Positions 59,701-64,000 of a stretch of DNA of 64,000 nt are shown here, piece by piece. Position 1 is the first letter of the stretch, and each line of letters starts with the position of its first letter. The position numbers were made by a program, and so were the translations under genes. Below the pieces are notes generated by a model. The model did no database searches, was not told the origin of the DNA, and saw only the letters and a program-made list of their open reading frames with translations. Source of the DNA: a virus; IMG/VR virus record IMGVR_UViG_3300025030_000004, positions 32,001-96,000 of that record; one strand, written 5' to 3'.

Positions 59701-61086
59701 AACACTATTTAAAGATCGCCCAATAGTCGAGGCAGACTCCCGTGTGATACTGGAAATTGTTGCCAGCCATGAAGCGCTTTTTTCGAGGGAAATATTGCTA
59801 TTCTCACTTGCCGATGCCACCCGTTGTAGAGCTTCTCCAATTTCATTGGCCCCAGAGGCGGTGGTATCACCAAGTAAAGCGAACACATCAATAATTTTTG
59901 TAACACTTTCTCCAGTAGCATTAGCTGTGGCAGTAATGATTTTATTACTATCTTTTAAAGAGATTGAACTTATTTTGGCATATTGTACAATTGCTTTCAT
60001 TCGATCTTCTACTTGATTATTATCTAGTCCTTGTCTAAATAAATCAGCAGCAGTAGACGTTAGTTCTCTTGTAGTAACCGACATTTCTTTTGCTAATTTA
60101 TTATAAGATACAGCTAAAGATTCTACTTCTTCTTGTGTTTGACCAGTTACAATTCTTACCTGATTTAAATTATTTTCAAGTTCATAAATATATTTAAAAC
60201 CACTAGAAATTTGTCGAATCGTCCCGAAAATCGCCGTTCCAATAATACTCCACTGAAGCATTTTGACAGCCGAAGAACCAAAGGACTGTGCAGAATCATG
60301 TGTATGACGGGCAAGGTTAGCCATTGCTGGATTTAAACTTACCACTCGACGTTCTAATTCAGTCATAGAATTAATATTTCTATTGGAATTTGTAAATAAT
60401 TGAGCGAGTGCAGAATTACTAGCAGTTATCCTGTTTGTATCTAAATTTCTAAAATTGTTAAAAGTATTGCCAATTGCTTCAGAAGTTCCGACTGTTGAAA
60501 CCCTGCTAACTCTATCAAGTTGTGTATAGTATTCTCTAAGAGCCGAATTCGATGCATTTATCCTATTTGGTGTCAACAAAAGACTATTATTTATAGCGTC
60601 AGATGTCCGTACTGTTGATACTCTACTAATTCTATCCATATTGGCATAATATTCTCTAAGAGCAGAATTACTAGCAGTTATCCTGTTTGGGTCTACAACT
60701 CCTATACCCAAAGATTGATTAAAATTATTAAACATCTGTTTATTATAAGCATTCTTTAATGCTTGTGTTTCCATTAAACTAGCATTATATAATTTATTAT
60801 TCTCTGTTAATTTTAACTGTGACACAACCATTTTGTCAGTTTCAGCGTTTAATTTTTGAACAATTTTGACTTGATTACCATAAGAGTCAGTTGCTCCAAG
60901 TATATGTTTTTGTAACTGTTGCATTCCGTTTTCGAGAATTTTAATATCTTTGACAGAAGTAGCAGTATCTAATTTCAATTGTAATGGAGCTAATTGCTTT
61001 GATAATGATTGTATTTGCTGATTAATTGCTTGCCCACTTTGAATGGCGTTCAATTTTGCCTGTATAATAATTGAAAGATTATCCAA
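56707..61086 (-). CDS. tail tape measure protein
   Basis: 1459-aa helical protein, TP901-type core (VRIVTG, IGEALQR, IGRSLNS), YANGT..GEKGAEL C-terminus. Confidence 0.9.
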   Translation of the reverse strand: MDNLSIIIQAKLNAIQSGQAINQQIQSLSKQLAPLQLKLDTATSVKDIKILENGMQQLQKHILGATDSYGNQVKIVQKLNAETDKMVVSQLKLTENNKLYNASLMETQALKNAYNKQMFNNFNQSLGIGVVDPNRITASNSALREYYANMDRISRVSTVRTSDAINNSLLLTPNRINASNSALREYYTQLDRVSRVSTVGTSEAIGNTFNNFRNLDTNRITASNSALAQLFTNSNRNINSMTELERRVVSLNPAMANLARHTHDSAQSFGSSAVKMLQWSIIGTAIFGTIRQISSGFKYIYELENNLNQVRIVTGQTQEEVESLAVSYNKLAKEMSVTTRELTSTAADLFRQGLDNNQVEDRMKAIVQYAKISSISLKDSNKIITATANATGESVTKIIDVFALLGDTTASGANEIGEALQRVASASENSNISLEKSASWLATISSITRESASTIGRSLNSVISRYESIKKTGFNSEDETKINDVVKALSDVGIKATDSQGQLLDFAIIMDTVGEKFGSLSKNEKAYIATTMFGTFQRNRGITLLNNYQDSLKNYENALNAAGTAEEKFAIYQESSAASLDRLRVSWETFWQSSISTDFIKGGLNSLSYLIDTFGNLRTIIIAVTTAILIFNGTNLTNWFRTSIIAAQGFRAGMISTGVATNGLTLSMNALKVAFLSNPFGFIAVAVLTLVSAYDILLPMLGNMKSDYEELNEIEEERIKSIQKEAETHKALASQYEEDIKRTKQLIDTRNELEKSSSELADTDSKKIDINASIINSEQELGNIIGQEALNRLKAAGFSQDASNIVIQALQEKQNAEKIAYENSSKLVSQQTDNLRRNIITQIKQIDSAVQAYGILGKLQENGLWIEKKLIYARYKLNPTPDNAKAYDEIKNQIESFYDQQKSNKISKLLEQLNSLGGTSIDTPDIPNLNGGVSGNTSGSSSKSSSKNDPSYESLTDATIRLIQVESNLTATKSKSIETDLSQAKSQKNYQKELELTTSLLSNQSTQIQQLGLAKQKLESEFARTSQSSGFSDTSLWFDQNGEQTLTYLSKFNSSSKETQDQMKLTFDSLSKLKKAWSDNSTAIQDLTQSQNELKTSLSDLSKTLSTEVIEATKKLAQSELDIEEKSLKSYITRKELKIKGIQEEIDALEEKADIENEQEERAKRLLDIEKAKQNLNNLSKEKDTRILVGDTWTWQANPQKVAEANENLKNLQEDYAEWEEDNDLKHKKAILQAEIDYQQSLIDKREESFEKQKEIFDEQWKNIDDMSTKMLEQFGSNVDNAVKILAEKLITLNAQLAAINAGSTNLPDSLNSGSSSNSSSGGNTIVYNNGPNGWTEYDSNGNAIAAGTTPRYANGTESASGGLSLVGEKGAELRVLNQGDGIIPTSITKNLMALGANPLNYMQNILSNISLLKVPDFSRINNSPTSPINTYNINIAKVETQDAGSFIDLLPTLVHQYK

Positions 61087-61184
61087 AGAATGTTACCTCC
61101 TTCTCTTCGTGTTTCAATTAAAAAGAGAAGGGATAACCCTCTCTTAAAATGACAAATATATGTATTTATTTTCAATTTAATAAC

Positions 61185-61214
61185 TTGCATATTAATAAAC
61201 AATTAGACTATAAT
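61185..61214 (+). promoter_or_regulatory. sigmaA promoter of counter-oriented moron
   Basis: TTGCAT-N18-TATAAT. Confidence 0.6.
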
Positions 61215-61233
61215 GTAAATGAGGTGATGAAAT

Positions 61234-61791
61234 ATGAACGCTCTATCAATAGTATTTATTATTATTTTAGCAACTATTGTTAGTCTAATTTTAGTTATGA
61301 TTCTTAGCAGTAAAGATAATAAAAGTCAAATGGAAGAATATTACCAAAATTTAAAGGAAAGAAATGTAATATGCGAATATGGAATTATTCATATTACAGG
61401 TCATCCATATTTAAAAACTAATGATTTAATAAAATTCCAAATAAAAACAAACCGTACGTTTTATTTCTTTAAAGAAAACATAGATACTGGTGATGAAATA
61501 CCATTATCACAAATTATTAGATATGAAATTAAAACAGAAACAGAAATTCATAAAGATGTGACTTTAACTAGATTATTAACTTTGGGCATATTCGCCTTCG
61601 GGGTAAAGAAAACAACAAAAATAGAAGATCAATTCTTTATACTATCATATAAACAAAATGAAATTGAAATAACTTGTATATTTAAACAAAGTTATAAACA
61701 TCAAAATCTTCATGAAATTGTTAGTACATTGAATAGAATGAGAATTGAAAGTAACAAATCTATTAATAATCAAGTAAAAGAGTGTACTTAA
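61234..61791 (+). CDS. membrane-anchored moron protein, opposite to the tail operon
   Basis: N-terminal TM; KDVTLTRLLTLGIFAFGVKK; own promoter and terminator. Confidence 0.75.
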   Translation: MNALSIVFIIILATIVSLILVMILSSKDNKSQMEEYYQNLKERNVICEYGIIHITGHPYLKTNDLIKFQIKTNRTFYFFKENIDTGDEIPLSQIIRYEIKTETEIHKDVTLTRLLTLGIFAFGVKKTTKIEDQFFILSYKQNEIEITCIFKQSYKHQNLHEIVSTLNRMRIESNKSINNQVKECT

Positions 61792-61806
61792 TTTGTACAC
61801 TCTTTT
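61776..61806. terminator. bidirectional terminator
   Basis: AAAAGAGTGTAC-N7-GTACACTCTTTT. Confidence 0.75.
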
Positions 61807-61819
61807 CTAATGTATTTGT

Positions 61820-62296
61820 TTAAATTATATATCCATAATTACTTAATAATTCTCTCATTCTTTTCTTTATATAATCAGTGTCATTTAACCAATCTCTTGT
61901 TACACCAACGGGACGCACACCCTCATAATTAAACAACGGAGAATTATTACCATATTCAATATAATAAGGGATTGCAGCACTAACATCTTCTCCATAGACA
62001 CTTTCATGTTGTCCCCACTCACCGTTATTAGAAGGATGGGGCAATATTAAATCACTTGCAAAATATATCTCAACTTGATATCCGCTTCCAACTTTTTTTG
62101 CTTTAGAATACTGGATGGAGTTAATATACTCCATAGTTCTTGCATATTGAGTTGGAGTATAACTTCTGCCATACCAAAGTTTTTCAACATTTTCGCGGAG
62201 AATACTTTTAACTTCTTCGCCTATTTTATTAAGATTAATTGGTATATTTAATTCAATATATTTTAATAATGAATTCAAATCTTTGAATTCTGCCAT
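61820..62296 (-). CDS. tail-module protein (gp10-like)
   Basis: position; Y.RT..Y..SI, YIEYG motifs. Confidence 0.55.
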   Translation of the reverse strand: MAEFKDLNSLLKYIELNIPINLNKIGEEVKSILRENVEKLWYGRSYTPTQYARTMEYINSIQYSKAKKVGSGYQVEIYFASDLILPHPSNNGEWGQHESVYGEDVSAAIPYYIEYGNNSPLFNYEGVRPVGVTRDWLNDTDYIKKRMRELLSNYGYII

Positions 62297-62865
62297 TATT
62301 TTAACCCATTATTAAATCTTATTGTTTCTGCAACAAATTTTAAATTATCAGGATTAATTTTATTAATCATCTTTGGTAAATCCTTAAGGAGTTTAGTTAG
62401 TTCTTTATTATTAGGAAATTTATCAATAAGTTTATTTAAATTTTTACTTATAATTGTGCTGATTCCATTATCAACGATCATGATCTGATTAATTTCTTTT
62501 TCAATTATTTCATCAATAAAATTTAATTCATCTAAAGGAATATTATTCAAAACATATTTTAAGATACCTTTTTCAGAAATAAAATCATAAACTTCAAACA
62601 TATTCATATCACTATCATTTAAATTTGTATAATTTATAAAAATGTTATAATCTCTAGCAATTTTGAGTAACGAAAAATCTATTTTTATTAGATCATTAGG
62701 AACTTCAGTTTCGTCAGAAACCATTGTAGCAATTTTAATGATATTAGCTATCATTTTCTTTTTAAACCCAAATGGGAAATATGATTTAACCTCTATAATA
62801 TTAGGATATTCTGTGTTAAAATTATTTATTAGTTCGACCACATTAATTATTTTTTGTTCTGCCAT
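62296..62865 (-). CDS. putative tail assembly chaperone
   Basis: position upstream of tape measure. Confidence 0.5.
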   Translation of the reverse strand: MAEQKIINVVELINNFNTEYPNIIEVKSYFPFGFKKKMIANIIKIATMVSDETEVPNDLIKIDFSLLKIARDYNIFINYTNLNDSDMNMFEVYDFISEKGILKYVLNNIPLDELNFIDEIIEKEINQIMIVDNGISTIISKNLNKLIDKFPNNKELTKLLKDLPKMINKINPDNLKFVAETIRFNNGLK

Positions 62866-62900
62866 TATTATTTCCTTCTTTCATTTCGTTATTCCTTGAT

Positions 62901-62984
62901 TTATTTTTTACCAGAAGATTCAAACTCTCCAACTGGCTTCTCTTTCCCACAAATCTTACAAACTTTAGTCTTGATTTCTTCCAT
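62901..62984 (-). pseudogene. 27-aa N-terminal stub of an HNH-type endonuclease
   Basis: MEEIKTKVCKICGKEKPVGEFESSGKK*. Confidence 0.6.
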
Positions 62985-63036
62985 CCACAACCATCTCGCT
63001 TTCTATTATTTATTTACTCGCCTTAAAATATTAAAA

Positions 63037-63100
63037 ACTAGCAAGAAGATGTGCGAGTTACATCTAATAACAGATGATCAGTCTGCTGTCTCTTGCTAGT
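63037..63100 (-). ncRNA. structured three-way-junction leader RNA
   Basis: P1 ACTAGCAAGA/TCTTGCTAGT, P2 loop with TGATCA, P3 loop AACTCGC complementary to downstream GCGAGT and GCGAG. Confidence 0.75.
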
Positions 63101-63133
63101 AAAATTTGTATTTAAATAATATATTATTATATA

Positions 63134-63739
63134 TTATTTATATGTTCCCTTGAAATTCACAACGTTCCAAATGGTTACTTGTGAAACCAAATATTTTTCT
63201 GATAATTGTGTTAGAGTAACTATCCCTGTATTGTATTTATTCCTAATTTCTGCTATTTGATTGGTGTCGAATTTTTTCTTTGCTATACTAATATTTTCTT
63301 TGTGTTCTATACTATGTAGTTTGCCTTTCTGTGCATTGCTCATATTTACTCTAACATTTTCTGATCGAGGTCCAGTCATTTTAAGCCTAGTTTCATCAGA
63401 TAAATGTATTCCAGATGTGGTTCCTCCACCAAAACAGATATTATAATAATTATTATCGTTAACCGCATTATGTAAATTAATTAATTCTATTTCTAGATCA
63501 TTTAACTCTTCCTTTGAATAAGCTATTGCAATTATTTCTCTATAAAAGTTTTCTTTCCCGTATTTATTTACTGCTCGTTTTAATAATTTCCCACTGCCAA
63601 TATATTTCTTCCATCGTTCCCTAAACATTTTTTGTCCAATGTATTTCTTTCCATTAATCATATTTGTTGTAATATAAATAAAACCATATGGATCTAAAAT
63701 TTTTACCTCATCAACTTTTTTTACCCTAACATTTTCCAT
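63134..63739 (-). CDS. GIY-YIG homing endonuclease with NUMOD3 and HTH tail
   Basis: GFIYITTN..NGKKYIGQ, YIGSG, YYNICFGG, HLSDETRLKM. Confidence 0.9.
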   Translation of the reverse strand: MENVRVKKVDEVKILDPYGFIYITTNMINGKKYIGQKMFRERWKKYIGSGKLLKRAVNKYGKENFYREIIAIAYSKEELNDLEIELINLHNAVNDNNYYNICFGGGTTSGIHLSDETRLKMTGPRSENVRVNMSNAQKGKLHSIEHKENISIAKKKFDTNQIAEIRNKYNTGIVTLTQLSEKYLVSQVTIWNVVNFKGTYK

Positions 63740-63790
63740 TATAAAATCATCTCTCTTTCTTATTAGCTCTCATTTTTGGGCATATAAAAT

Positions 63791-63852
63791 ACTAGTAGGA
63801 TAGGGGAGAGCACCCTTTAATGATGGGTAATTAATCCATCACTCCTACTAGT
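63791..63852 (-). ncRNA. structured three-way-junction leader RNA
   Basis: P1 ACTAGTAGGA/TCCTACTAGT, P2 loop with TAATTA, P3 loop TGCTCTC complementary to downstream GAGAGC. Confidence 0.78.
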
Positions 63853-64000
63853 AAAACTTTCAATATTAAATTGGATATAAAACTGTGGATGCGACAGGGT
63901 GTGTTTTGCCACCCACCTATAATTCAAACAAAAGAACCCACCTAAAATAGTGGATTCTTTCCCTTAAATATGCTATAATTTACTTGCACATAATTCTAAT

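Noticed and set aside
2424-63446. Numerous 60-170 aa ORFs antisense to long genes (e.g. 5289..5615, 6263..6781, 26438..26866, 37895..38293, 48496..48840)
   Set aside because: Shadow frames of well-supported genes, with no RBS and with Ser/Phe/Ile-rich composition typical of reverse complements.
39216-63852. Leader RNA as a hammerhead or other self-cleaving ribozyme
   Set aside because: Three-way junction but no conserved CUGANGA/GAAA core; the CTGATCA at 63076-63082 is the variable palindromic loop.
1-64000. CRISPR array, tRNA or rRNA genes
   Set aside because: No regularly spaced identical repeats and no cloverleaf with T-loop consensus found by eye; a tRNAscan/Infernal run would be needed to exclude them fully.

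Overview
A 64-kb segment of a large, AT-rich temperate tailed phage of an anaerobic spore-forming Bacillota host, organised like SPbeta-type phages (inference from gene content and order). Plus strand, 1-26.8 kb: runs of small accessory ORFs, a full replication module (putative SSB, AAA ATPase, DnaB-like helicase, primase, PD-(D/E)XK nuclease, DnaE, RecD2) and nucleotide metabolism (NrdD/NrdG, dUTPase, ThyX-like, dNMP kinase, HAD nucleotidase). Centre: a large serine integrase beside an apparently intact attP and a candidate RDF, a ParM/ParR pair, a pilin-like/ATPase/M23 module, a DGQHR protein and a primase-like Rep. Minus strand, 35.6-64 kb: lysis genes, a tyrosine recombinase, tail fibres, baseplate and tape-measure genes, and several free-standing homing endonucleases. 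Three unannotated patterns stand out. (1) A covarying structured leader RNA in five copies ahead of endonuclease and rep genes, combining a palindromic loop with an anti-Shine-Dalgarno loop. (2) A GC-richer tail-fibre-tip cassette bracketed by hybrid 13-6-13 sites next to a tyrosine recombinase. (3) A TAAAA-N6-TTTYA palindrome that punctuates the small-gene arrays. All functional calls come from motif recognition by eye; no database searches were run.
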